DNA of 32,518 nt. Origin: Macrostomum lignano (lineage: Eukaryota). This document shows positions 10,466-23,382 of this stretch, in pieces. The stretch covers positions 1 to 32,518 of the forward strand of contig NIVC01004879.1 of NCBI GenBank assembly GCA_002269645.1, in the 5' to 3' direction. The number at the start of each line of letters is the position of its first letter. Within the stretch, counting starts at the first letter, position 1. Position numbers and translations under genes: made by a program. A model generated the notes under the pieces. That model saw only the letters and a program-made list of their open reading frames with translations, was not told the origin of the DNA and did no database searches.

Positions 10466-11746
10466 TCATCCCAACGCTGAAAAAATATAGAGAATTTAAA
10501 CTGCTCAAACTTATTAATCCATCCTCAAATCTAAACAAATCTAACATTAAAATGTTTTGCTTGCTTAGAATCCTAAAAAATATATCCTTAAGATAGGCAC
10601 ACAGTTAACTATGAGAGGCACGTACGTCCGAACGAGTTGCTATACATTACAATAAAGCTGAAGAGAAAAAAACCTGCGCAGACTCACTCTAGAGCGAGTT
10701 ACAACAATACATGTACAGATTAACTAGATTGAAGGTGTGCCACCTTAGCAGGTCGAAGTGCATTAATTGCTCAATATTTCGAAATTATTTTTGATTTCTT
10801 TGAGTACAGTTTTGCAACACATAAAACCCTAAAAATGTTAAACTATTGTAAACTACTTAGATGCTACGTATTTTAGTTACATATGTCCTATGTGACTAAT
10901 TAATTATAATTTACCATTCATTAATTTTTTAATCACAAAGTTCTATTAAATAGACTCAAAAAATCAAACTGAGACACATGAATTAACATCATATACTAAG
11001 GTCCAAGAAATAATACTCATAATAAATATCTTGGACATTTGGACTTACGAAAAATAATCTTGCAATTAACAACGAAATTAGTTAAAAAAAATTTTCGCCG
11101 CTCCGATTCTGTTCACTGTAATTTGAAATGAGATTTTCCTAGAAATTCAGCATTTCAAATGTACAGTTTAACGCCCACAGGTACGTGAAACCACCGGATG
11201 CGACTTTGCAGTGAAATGCTTTGCCATTTGATACAAGTTACCCAACATTAGGTAGCCTGATCATTTAGCTAAATCCATAATTAGGCACAGCAGCTTTCAA
11301 AACTCCGAAAAAACGAATTAATCAATAAATATGTAAACTATTATATGAGAAAAATACTGCCGTGTCTAAAACAAAAAGCGTCGAGCATTTAACTAACCTC
11401 ACACAGTGCAATGAGAATTAAAAACAAAGATATTTTTATGGAAACTTTACACCATTTTTTACACTGTAAATTTTTTTACACTGTGAAAGGTTAATCAATG
11501 CTACTCACACTTTTAGGGACTTTCACTGCACATTTTGTGGGCGGTGCTGCGCGCAATAATAGTTTCGCAAATTTGTATCAAAACCGCCAAACGGCAAACA
11601 TGCGCGCAGTACCCACTCAATAGAGTGTTCGTTTTTGGAAAGAATATTTAAATTGTAACTCGAGCAGACATTAGCTTTTTAAGTGCTTTGCTTATGAGAA
11701 TTCAGCAGCCACTGCAACGCAAATTACGCAATTTATCGTAAATAAT

Positions 11747-14700
11747 TGGATGGTTGTTGACTGGACGTATGGTTGTGACTGGATTGTTGCTGACTGGATG
11801 GTTGCTGACTGGATGGACGGTTGCTGACTGGATGGTTGCTGACTGGACGTATGGTTGTGACTGGATTGTTGCTGACTGGAATGGTTGCTGACTGGACGGA
11901 TGGTTGCTGACTGGATGGTTGCTGACTGGACGTATGGTTGTGACTGGATTGTTGCTGACTGGATGGTTGCTAACTGGATGGACGGTTGCTCACTGGATGG
12001 CTGCTGACTCGATGGCTGCTGACTAGATGGCTGCTGACTGGATGGTTGCTGACTGGATGTATGGTTGTGACTGGATTGTTGCTGACTGGATTGTTGCTGA
12101 CTGGATGGACTGTTGTTGACTGGATGGTTGCTGACTGGATGGATGTTTGCTGACTGGATGGTTGCTGACTGGATGGTTGCTGACTGGATGGTCGCTGACT
12201 GGATGGTTGTTGACTGGATGGGTGCTGACTGGATGGATGGTTGCTGACTGGATGGATGTTTGCTGACTGGATGGCTGCTGACAGGATGGCTGCTGACTGG
12301 ATGGTTGCTGACTGGACGGTTGCTGACTCGATGGATGGTTGCTGACTAGATGGTTGCTGCCTGGATGGTTTCCGACTGGATGGATGTTTGCTGACTGGAT
12401 GGTTGCTGACTGGACGGATGGTTGTGACTGGATTGTTGCTGACTGGATGGACGGTTGCTGACTGGATGGTTGCTGACTGGATGGTTGCTGACTGGATGGC
12501 TGCTGACTGGATGGCTGCTGACAGGATGGCTGCTGACTGGATGGTTGCTGACTGGACGGATGGTTGCTGACTGGATGGTTGCTAACTGGATGGATGATTG
12601 CTGACTGGATGGTTGCTGACTGGACGGTTGCTGACTGGATGGATGGTTGCTGACTGGATAGTTGCTGACTGGATGGACGGTTGCTGACTGGATTGTTGCT
12701 GACTGGATTGTTGCTGACTGGATGGACGGTTGCTGACTGGATGGTTGCTGACTGGATGTATGGTTGTGACTGGATTGTTGCTGACTGGATTGTTGCTGAC
12801 TGGATTGTTGCTGACTGGATGATTGGTTGCTGACTTGATAGACTGTTGTTGACTGGATGGTTGCTGACTGGATGGATGTTTGCTGACTGGATGGTTGCTG
12901 ACTGGATGGTTGCTGACTGGATGGTCGCTGACTGGATGGTTGTTGACTGGATGGACGGTTGCTGACTGGATGGTTGCTGACTGGATGGCTGCTGACTGGA
13001 TGGCTGCTGACAGGATGGCTGCTGACTGGATGGTTGCTGACTGGACGGATGGTTGCTGACTGGATGGTTGCTAACTGGATGGACGGTTGCTCACTGGATG
13101 GCTGCTGACTCGATGGCTGCTGACTAGATGGCTGCTGACTGGATGGTTGCTGACTGGATGTATGGTTGTGACTGGATTGTTGCTGACTGGATTGTTGCTG
13201 ACTGGATGGACTGTTGTTGACTGGATGGTTGCTGACTGGATGGATGTTTGCTGACTGGATGGTTGCTGACTGGATGGTTGCTGACTGGATGGTCGCTGAC
13301 TGGATGGTTGTTGACTGGATGGGTGCTGACTGGATGGATGGTTGCTGACTGGATGAATGTTTGCTGACTGGATGGCTGCTGACAGGATGGCTGCTGACAG
13401 GATGGTTGCTGACTGGACGGTTGCTGACTCGATGGATGGTTGCTGACTAGATGGTTGCTGCCTGGATGGTTTCCGACTGGATGGATGTTTGCTGACTGGA
13501 TGGTTGCTGACTGGACGGATGGTTGTGACTGGATTGTTGCTGACTGGATGGACGGTTGCTGACTGGATGGTTGCTGACTGGATGGTTGCTGACTGGATTG
13601 TTCCTGACTGGATTGTTGCTGACTGGATGGACGGTTGCTGACTGGATGGTTGCTGACTGGATGTATGGTTGTGACTGGATTGTTGCTGACTGGATTGTTG
13701 CTGACTGGATGGACGGTTGCTGACTGGATGGTTGCTGACTGGATGTATGGTTGTGACTGGATTGTTGCTGACTGGATGGATGGTTGCTGACTGGATGGAC
13801 TGTTGTTGACTGGATGGTTGCTGACTGGATGGATGTTTGCTGACTGGATGGTTGCTGACTGGATGGTTGCTGACTGGATGGTTGCTGACTGGATGGTCGC
13901 TGACTGGATGGTTGTTGACTGGATGGTTGCTGACTGGATGGACGGTTGTTGACTGGATGGTTGCTGACTGGATGGATGATTGCTGACTGGATGGTTGCTG
14001 ACTGGACGGTTGCTGACTGGATGGATGGTTGCTGACTGGATAGTTGCTGACTGGATGGACGGTTGCTGACTGGATTGTTGCTGACTGGATTGTTGCTGAC
14101 TGGATGGACGGTTGCTGACTGGATGGTTGCTGACTGGATGTATGGTTGTGACTGGATTGTTGCTGACTGGATTGTTGCTGACTGGATTGTTGCTGACTGG
14201 ATGATTGGTTGCTGACTTGATGGACTGTTGTTGACTGGATGGTTGCTGACTGGATGGATGTTTGCTGACTGGATGGTTGCTGACTGGATGGATGTTTGCT
14301 GACTGGATGGTTGCTGACTGGATGGTTGCTGACTGGATGGTCGCTGACTGGATGGTTGTTGACTGGATGGGTGCTGACTGGATGGATGGTTGCTGACTGG
14401 ATGAATGTTTGCTGACTGGATGGCTGCTGACAGGATGGCTGCTGACTGGATGGTTGCTGACTGGACGGTTGCTGACTCGATGGATGGTTGCTGACTAGAT
14501 GGTTGCTGCCTGGATGGTTTCCGACTGGATGGATGTTTGCTGACTGGATGGTTGCTGACTGGACGGATGGTTGTGACTGGATTGTTGCTGACTGGATGGA
14601 CGGTTGCTGACTGGATGGTTGCTGACTGGATGGTTGCTGACTGGATTGTTCCTGACTGGATGGCTGCTGACTGGATGGCTGCTGACAGGATGGCTGCTGA

Positions 14701-16748
14701 CTGGATGGTTGCTGACTGGACGGATGGTTGCTGACTGGATGGTTGCTGACTGGATGTATGGTTGTGACTGGATTGTTGCTGACTGGATGGATGGTTGCTG
14801 ACTGGATGGACTGTTGTTGACTGGATGGTTGCTGACTGGATGGATGTTTGCTGACTGGATGGACTGTTGTTGACTGGATGGTTGCTGACTGGATGGTTGC
14901 TGACTGGATGGTCGCTGACTGGATGGTTGTTGACTGGACGGTTGCTGACTGGATGGATGGTTGCTGACTGGATAGTTGCTGACTGGATGGACGGTTGCTG
15001 ACTGGATTGTTGCTGACTGGATTGTTGCTGACTGGATGGACGGTTGCTGACTGGATGGTTGCTGACTGGATGTATGGTTGTGACTGGATTGTTGCTGACT
15101 GGATTGTTGCTGACTGGATTGTTGCTGACTGGATGATTGGTTGCTGACTTGATGGACTGTTGTTGACTGGATGGTTGCTGACTGGATGGATGTTTGCTGA
15201 CTGGATGGTTGCTGACTGGATGGTTGCTGACTGGATGGTCGCTGACTGGATGGTTGTTGACTGGATGGGTGCTGACTGGATGGACGGTTGCTGACTGGAT
15301 GGCTGCTGACTGGATGGCTGCTGACAGGATGGCTGCTGACTGGATGGTTGCTGACTGGACGGATGGTTGCTGACTGGATGGTTGCTGACTGGATGTATGG
15401 TTGTGACTGGATTGTTGCTGACTGGATGGATGGTTGCTGACTGGATGGACTGTTGTTGACTGGATGGTTGCTGACTGGATGGATGTTTGCTGACTGGATG
15501 GACTGTTGTTGACTGGATGGTTGCTGACTGGATGGTTGCTGACTGGATGGTCGCTGACTGGATGGTTGTTGACTGGATGGGTGCTGACTGGATGGACGGT
15601 TGCTGACTGGATGGCTGCTGACTGGATGGCTGCTGACAGGATGGCTGCTGACTGGATGGTTGCTGACTGGACGGATGGTTGCTGACTGGATGGTTGCTGA
15701 CTGGATGGTTGCTGACTGGATTGTTGCTGACTGGATGGATGGTTGCTGGACGAATGGTTGCTGACTGGATGGTTGCTGACTGGATGGTTGCTGACTGGAT
15801 GGTTGCTGAATGGATGGATGGTTGCTGACTGGATGGTTGCTGACTGGATGGTTGCTGACTGGACGTATGGTTGTGACTGGATGGTTGCCGACTGGATGGT
15901 CGCTGACTGGACGGATGATTGCTGACTGGACGGATGGTTGCTGACTGGACGGATGGTTGCTGACTGGATGACTGCTGACTGGATGGTTGTGACTGGATGG
16001 TTGCTGACTGGATGATTGCTGACTGGATTGTTGCTGACTGGATGGACGGTTGCTGACTGGATGGCTGCTGACTGGACGGATGCTGACTGGATGGTTGCTG
16101 ACTGGATGGTTGCTGACTGGATGGATGCTGACTGGACGAATGGTTGCTGACTGGATGGATGTTTGCTGACTGGATGGTTGCTGACTGGATTGTTGCTGAC
16201 TGGATGGATGGTTGCTGGACGAATGGTTGCTGACTGGATGGTTGCTGACTGGATGGTTGCTGACTGGATGGTTGCTGAATGGATGGATGGTTGCTGACTG
16301 GATGGTTGCTGACTGGATGGTTGCTGACTGGACGTATGGTTGTGACTGGATGGTTGCCGACTGGATGGTCGCTGACTGGACGGATGATTGCTGACTGGAC
16401 GGATGGTTGCTGACTGGACGGATGGTTGCTGACTGGATGACTGCTGACTGGATGGTTGTGACTGGATGGTTGCTGACTGGATGATTGCTGACTGGATTGT
16501 TGCTGACTGGATGGACGGTTGCTGACTGGATGGCTGCTGACTGGACGGATGCTGACTGGATGGTTGCTGACTGGATGGTTGCTGACTGGATGGATGCTGA
16601 CTGGACGAATGGTTGCTGACTGGATGGATGTTTGCTGACTGGATGGTTGCTGACTGGATGGTTGCTGACTGGATTGTTGCTGACTGACGGCTGCTGACTG
16701 GACGGATGCTGACTGGATGGATAGTTGCTGACTAAATAGTTGCCGACT
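11747..16748 (+). repeat. ~5-kb satellite based on (GCTGACTGGATGGTT)n with 4-nt GGAT/GGAC insertions, roughly 300 units
   Basis: Continuous array. Rare variants recur at offsets of 1101, 1048 and 469 bp. It decays into ATAGTTGCTGACT/ATAGTTGCCGACT 13 nt from the RepHel stop codon. Confidence 0.99.
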
Positions 16749-16761
16749 TTAGAATAGCAAG

Positions 16762-19700
16762 TTAGCGGCTATCAGAATTCGCGGATGAGCACATTCTCAG
16801 CAAACGCTTTTGCTCATGCAACTGCGTCTGCACTTTTTGTGCAGAAAAAAGGCTCACGAAATTGTTGTAATCGCAACTTGATACTCGCAAATCTGCAAAT
16901 GCACGAACTCTACTCACCGCAGTATAAAATAATCCAGCTGGAATAGCTTTCCTGGCGCCTCCTTTGCTAAACGCCACGTACGCTTTTGGAATTGTAAGTC
17001 CTTGGCTCTTGTGAATCGTACTAGCCCAAGCCAATCGTAGTGGAAATTGTTGACGCGACAATTGGGCTCCTCCTTTAAACTTTTCATTCGTTACTGACAG
17101 AATTGGCACTACACGAATTGCACGATTATCTTGTACAATTGCCCCCATTGCTGGGCCAGAATAATTGTCAAATTCAACCCAAATACAATCTGGCCAATCC
17201 TTTGGTGATTGCCTTCCAGGAGCGTAGCAAATTCCTCGTACAGTTCCAACTGATCCATTCACAAGTCCATTGCGTACTGACAGATTTCTAGTTAGCATTA
17301 CTCGAGCACCAATACACAAATAGAGTCGCTTCTCCAGATTCGTATCCGATTTTTTATGTTCCTTCTTTTTGCCACACAATTTTGCTTCGTCTCCTTTACA
17401 AATTGCGTTAATTTGCCGCACAGGATTCAATTCGGAAACCATCTTTCCCAATAGCATGTAGTTGCGATTTCTCACATCCTCGTTAGTGTGATATAAAAAT
17501 GTACACCCGCTTTGGAAACCTTCAGGCAAAAGGTCGGGAGCATAGACGCGACAATTGTTCATCAACGAATTCCAGCAGGCTTCGTCGGCCTTGCCTTCGC
17601 GAAGTTTATCCAACAACTGGGCGAATTCCGTATCGTTTGCTTGTCGGACTTGTTCTGTCAGATGCACAACCTTTTTGAACTCCATGTACAATTTATAGCC
17701 TTCAGATTTCAATATATCGTGCTTCTTTTGATTTGGATTGTAAACGTACAGTTGCGTGTCCAAAACTGGAGGCAATTGAAACACGTCGCCAATTAGGATT
17801 ACAGATCGACCACCAAAACTCTGTTTACTGTGTTCTGGAAACAATTCGCGCAAACGAGCATCCACCTTACGGAGTAACCTTTGGCCAAGCATGCTAAATT
17901 CGTCAATAAAAATGTAGCGCACATCTTTCCACTGCTCTTGCATCTCCATTAGGGATTTCTTGCCAACACCAGCACTAAAATTTACATTCAATTTCAAAGC
18001 CGAGTGCAAAGTTTCGCCTGCAATATTGAAAGCGGCTACGCCTGTTGATGCCATAATTCTGCATCTTGATTCTCCAATCAACCGACGCAATGTAGAAATC
18101 AAGTAGCTTTTTCCAGTTCCAGCGCTACCATACAAAATTGCTTTGAGAGGCTCCGGCTTTTCGCCTTGGTTTTCTTCGGCTAGTCTTGAAAGCTGCAAAT
18201 GACTTTCAATTAGGTTGTACATTTCTCGCTGCCGAACATTAAGCGATTCAACACTGTTTATCGGCATGTCAGCGACCTCTCTTGCGCCAAGTTTTAGGTC
18301 GCTACTTAAAAACGCCTTTGCTTCTCCAACCGTTGGAAACTGGCCGCCACTAGCTGCGCTCCAGTCAAAATTTTCTGGCGGCTTTGGCAATTGATCTTCT
18401 GGACAGGCCAATAGATTTCTCTCGCGATGAAGTGCCCCCACTGCAACCATCCAATCTTCTTGCTCTTCGTGCTCATAAGTTGGCTGAGCAGCAGATTGCG
18501 CATTTGCGTTGGTCATTTCGGGTAGCTCCGCAACTGCTTCGACTTCTTCGTCAGCTTCGTCGTTGCGCAAATCGTCCAAATTGGGCAGCTGCAGCTCGCA
18601 TCGATTCTCAGCAGGCATGGCTTCGTACGCTTGCTGCCAGCTTGTGTGCAAACCTTTGGCTTCTCGCTCATTTCGCCAACAACTGTACAACAAAACCTGC
18701 TGCCGATAATAGCCTTCGCGTCTTTCGTCTGATTGCTCATTCGGTCGAAAAAATGGACTGATTAGCAAAACTACTTGTTTCGGCCTTTTTGTGCACCTCC
18801 CATTAGGGCTGAGACAGTAGTCGGAAAAGAAACGAAACATTGTTACATTTTCCAAATTCTTTGCACGCTTTGAATACTTGTCGCAACTATTCCTGCAAAC
18901 ACCCTTTTCCTCCACTGCGCGGGTTTCGCCAGTCTGAACAAAAACAAATTCTCGCGAACCCTTGTACATTGACGTCTGCAATAGCAAATGCATTGCCTCT
19001 TGCGCCGAATAATCACGCGCTCCAACTTGCGCCATCAAGTGTTGTTGTACAACACGCCTTGCAGTGTTGCTACGCTGAAAATTGTTATCGGCATTCTGTT
19101 CTGCATTATCTTCCAACTCCTTATGAAGACGCTTTGTCAGCTCCGCCATATAATCCGACTCCTTTTCGCTTTTTGTCGCATACTTGATCAAATAGCGAAT
19201 CAAATTCTTCACGGACGAAATCATTTGAACATCGACATTGGCTCTCCACATGCACAGCAACTGCGGACTGTGAGAAATCATTCGCTCGTCGTTGCGCTGC
19301 GTCTCAACTTGCCAATTTAAACGGGATACTCGCTTTGCAACAGTCTTTTCCTGCGGCTCGCGCGGATACTTGAATCGGCACTCTTGTTTGCCTTTTACTG
19401 TTCGCAAGCACTTTTTACTGCAAATAGTGTGCCTCTCTGTCAAATGCGAAATTAACTGCAAATCTTGCTTGTCATTTTCAATCTCTTCCGGTTTCAGTTG
19501 AGCTGGATGACCTTGACCTGCTAAACTGCCATTCAAAACTTGATTTCCATAATCCGATTCGTCCATGGCCAAATTCCAACTACAGATGTACTTGTCAACA
19601 AAGCTCGTCAATTCTTCTGCATTCAATGTATTCGATGTCACATCAACACCATCTGGCATCCAAATGCAACCGTGAACGTGTGGACTTCCGCGACTCTGAT

Positions 19701-22700
19701 ATTCTATGCGAAACCAATAATCGTTTACTTTCCAGTGCTCGACCAAAAAACGTTTCAAACATGTTTCAAATCGCAACCAAAACACAGTGTCTGCCATTCC
19801 GGGATCTTTTTGCAACTTTGACAACATTTCTGCTCTTAGTTCTACATTGCTTTCATATTGCTCTGCATCGATTCCCCAGGCATGCTGCAACTCTGGCCAA
19901 TGTACATCTGCTGCCGATAGTGTCACGAAAAAATGAGGAACACCAAGCGTTCGAATCATGGCTTCCAATTGCCGTCCTTTACTCTGCCAATAAGCGCTTG
20001 TGCCTCGCAAATCTGATGCTCGAACTGACACGCTAGCCAATACTGCCGGGTCATTTAGTGCTTCAATCATTTCCTTGGCACTTAATCCAGCATACTTGTT
20101 GTCGTGTACAAACACGCGACCAACTTCCAGCGCCCTCCAACGCATCACCATATTTTCAATGTAAAATTTAAACCGCAAATCGGTACGAAATCTTGGACAC
20201 CGGAATTGCATCAAATGCTTTGCATAGTCGCCCAAACTTAGTCCAAAATTACGTGGCGTACTATAATCTCCTGCTCCATCCGGAAAGAGATGAGGATAAG
20301 CCAATGTAAAATATCCTTCATCCTGAAATTCGTTTACCGGCTCGTTGCTTCTTGCTGGCCATTTCAATTTTTCACTCAAAAATTTGTCTCGTACTGCCGA
20401 TTCCAATCGACGCAAAGGAGTCTCCAACAGCGAACTAATTGTTTCCTCGAGCTCGTTCGTCTCGTCCGCATTTTTTTCTACTTGTTGCTGCAATCGCTCA
20501 GCTCTGGCTGAGCCGCCTTCTTGCTGTGCCGCCTCGAAATTCACTTCATTGTCAGACTGCATTTCGACAATCATACCTTCTACTTGATGAGCATAACCAT
20601 CTTCAGGCAGATGTAGCAACGCATCATTATTCATTGAAACCTGATACTGTCTAAAGTACTTGTTGTTTGCCATTAAATAGCGCATCGCATTAGTCACTTT
20701 GTCGCGTCGAACTCGCAAATTGTTCATTGTGCCGCTTTGCGCTTCTCCAGGCTGAACACGGGCTCTTTCGTCGTACATTAAAACAACTGGCAGAGATCGT
20801 CTTGGCAGCTCTCGCAAAACGTGCGACTGATCTTGAGGCAACATGATTCCGTGTCCTCTCGATTTTGTTTGCTTTTGGGGAAAAATTTGTACCACAACAA
20901 TAACCGACAAAACTGGCGAAATCAACATTTGCTCTGCTACACTCAAATCTTGCAAATCTTCTGGCTGCTCCAACATCGGAATCGCATTGTTTTCTTGGCT
21001 AAACGATTTCGGCTCATTGTCATCTCTGAAACAACGATCGCACATGTCTTCAGAATCGATGCTAAAATATTTTCCAGGAAACTTTTCCCTACACACGTAG
21101 CACTGTTTCAAATGTGATACTTTTGTTATGTTTTCATTGAAAAAGTCTTGCCTCATCTTTTTGAACTGGTCTGTGAACGGATTGCGAAGGCACTTTGGCA
21201 GATTAGGATCTCCGATTTCATCTTCAACAATTGGAGCATCTTGAGCGCTCTCTTCTGAAGTGCTGCTCTGCGGAACATTTTCTTTAGCTGGCTGCTGCTC
21301 CATTGTAGGCCGCTTTCTGGGTGACGAACGGATCGCTTCATCAGGCTTCTCCTGAGTAGCACGTGTCTTTCGTGGTGATGAATACGTAGAAGTAGCTGGA
21401 ATATTATCAGACTGACGTTTATCTTGCTGCTCCTGCTGCAAAGGTGCCGTCTTCCTAGGCGACGATCGAACGGGTTCGCAGATATGATTTTCTGCGTTTG
21501 TCAATCTCTGTTTCCGTGGTAAAGAATTTGCATAGTTGACCACTTGCTGCTGGTTTTTCAAACGCTCGCTGCGACGAGTAGGAGCACTTGGTACAACGTC
21601 GCTCTTCTTTTCTCGACCTCTTCCTTTTTCCAAATGGCAAGAAACGCTTGAAACCGCCGAAACTGAGTCGCCACAACCGATGCAACTGCAACATGGTGCT
21701 CTCCGAGTGCGACTGCTTCTTCTCAATAAGCTCTGACCAGATACACTAGAGGCTGCAACAGACACAGACTCTAATGTGTTTGCTTTAGCGCTCAGTCGAC
21801 TACTCCGACGCGTAGCGCAACTTGCCTTCCCAACATCCTTTTTACGCCGACTGCGCCGCGGAACATTTGATGGCACGGACTCTGACACACGATCACTTTT
21901 AACTGACTCTGACACATGCTCAATTTCAACTGACTCTGCGCTATCCTCCGCGTCAAGATCGACATTCCAATTCCAGACAGAGTTGTTCCGATCCCGAAGC
22001 ACTTCATATGAATTCGGATGCGCAAACAAACTCGTATTATTTTCCAAGGACTTTGCTTGATTTCTACAACGTCCCTTCCAATGCCTACTTTGAACTCGGG
22101 TCCAGTCTGCAACCTTTTCAAAAGGCGTCATTGGTGGAGCTGGAGGTGGCATCATTACAACAGGATCTTCGACAACATGAACATTCTCGTTGAGAGGGGG
22201 CATTTCCACATTCTTGGCGCTCAAATCTCCTTGGCCAGTCGGCCGAACTGAGCTTGCTTCATTAACTTCCAAATCATTGACACGAACGATTTCGTAGTGT
22301 TGACTACCAGGATTAAACAACAATCGAATAGTAGCCAAACGTTCTCCAATATTCGGTCGGGAATAATGGCCAGGCCGCGCTAGATTAAGCATGTTTGACT
22401 GATAAATAAACACTTCTAGCCGCAACAGTTCACCAATTAGTTCTGGAACTCCGCATGGCACGTACATACGGGGACGCCTTGTATCGTCGCGCACTTTTTC
22501 CCAATTCAGTCCTGTTTGCATAATTCTTTCCTGATTATTGACATCGCGATGCACCCATTGCTCGAATTCTGCAGCAACCGCATCTCGAAAATCTTCTACG
22601 CTTAGCGATTGATAGGCGGAAAAACCTGGCAGTTCTTGTAATTGTCTCAATATGGCCGTGAAAAAACAGTTGCCGTCACCTCGTACATTCTCAACGCGAC

Positions 22701-22790
22701 ACGAAGAAAAAGGAACCCATACAGGTTGGACTTGTACAGCAGCAGTTACATGACCTTCGGCAAAATCCATTGCAGTAGCACCTGTTTCAT
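16762..22790 (-). CDS. Helentron/Helitron2-type Rep-helicase, main exon (OTU protease - basic linker - CxxC..CxxC - DUF6570-like - HUH Rep - PIF1 helicase)
   Basis: Uninterrupted 6-kb frame. OTU: GDGNCFF (22680-22660) and HYE (22299-22291). Zn motif: CYVC-x16-CDRC (21102-21031). Rep motif 1 FFVTLSAAD (~19932-19906), motif 2 WFRIEYQSRGSPHVH (19716-19672) and motif 3 YLIKYATK (19194-19171). Helicase: Walker A GSAGTGKS (18129-18106), DEFSM (17904-17890), GDVFQLPPV, QFPLRLAWASTIHKSQG and YTAVSRV. The exon starts after the acceptor TCTTTTACAG (AG at 22792-22791). The ORF-track start at 22806 is a TTG inside the intron. Confidence 0.96.
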
Positions 22791-22975
22791 CTGTAAAAGA
22801 ATACAACTCTTAAACAGTGAGGTATGATAATTTTAAGGAATTGAGCATTAATTGTATTTTGCACAAGTCGTAAACACTAAAATCTAATTTTCAATATTCG
22901 CAAGCAAAGTCAGATGTAAGAAAGAAAATTAACTTGTACTATGCATAGAAATTCAATAAAAAATAAAACTCTCAC

Positions 22976-23347
22976 CAGCACTCAAGTAGCCTATAAGTTG
23001 CTCATTGTAAGCAGCACCAGAATTGGGCACTTCAGCATCACCTTCGACCACGGGGTATTCCGAAGCAGCCAGAGCGTCGGCCAGAGCAGCATCATGTTCA
23101 GCTAGCAGGGCAGCCAGACCAGCCTCGTCCAGCTTAATCACAGACTCAGTTTTAGCAGCAGCATCAGCAGAAGCACCAGCTTTAGTCCCAGCAGCGGCAA
23201 TAGAAGAGGCAGCAGCAGCTTCCGGTTGTACATCTGGCTCTTGAATCTGTTCTTCGCCAGCAGTTAAATCACCGACAGCAGCAACTTTAATATTATTCTT
23301 GGAGCGGCTCCAGTTTTTCTTCTTCGGCCGTCCGCACTTTTTCGCAC
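22976..23347 (-). CDS. RepHel coding exon 2 (372 nt, phase 1/phase 1), containing the AT-hook-like motif KKCGRPKKK
   Basis: Acceptor CTTTAAACAG|GTG at 23348 and donor CTG|GTGAG at 22975. The frame is open throughout and splices in frame to the main exon (G+AT = Asp). Confidence 0.75.
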
Positions 23348-23382
23348 CTGTTTAAAGTCACAGTAAAAAAGAAATTTATAAA

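Noticed and set aside
7995-10547. Long ORFs (GLGIWDLGFGTWDL, GIGEVL, PQSPIL repeats)
   Set aside because: Frames through the 14-bp and 18-bp arrays that lack stops because of base composition.
11394-11613. Imperfect inverted repeats (11394-11408 with 11479-11493; 11543-11555 with 11601-11613) as the Helentron 3' end or a MITE
   Set aside because: Short, mismatched, without a target-site duplication, and not complementary to the right-hand hairpin.
12388-16394. ORFs of LLTGW and MVADW repeats
   Set aside because: Satellite translations. Useful only as markers of higher-order repeats.
17103-22827. Many short + strand and off-frame ORFs within RepHel
   Set aside because: Shadow ORFs of the long coding exon.
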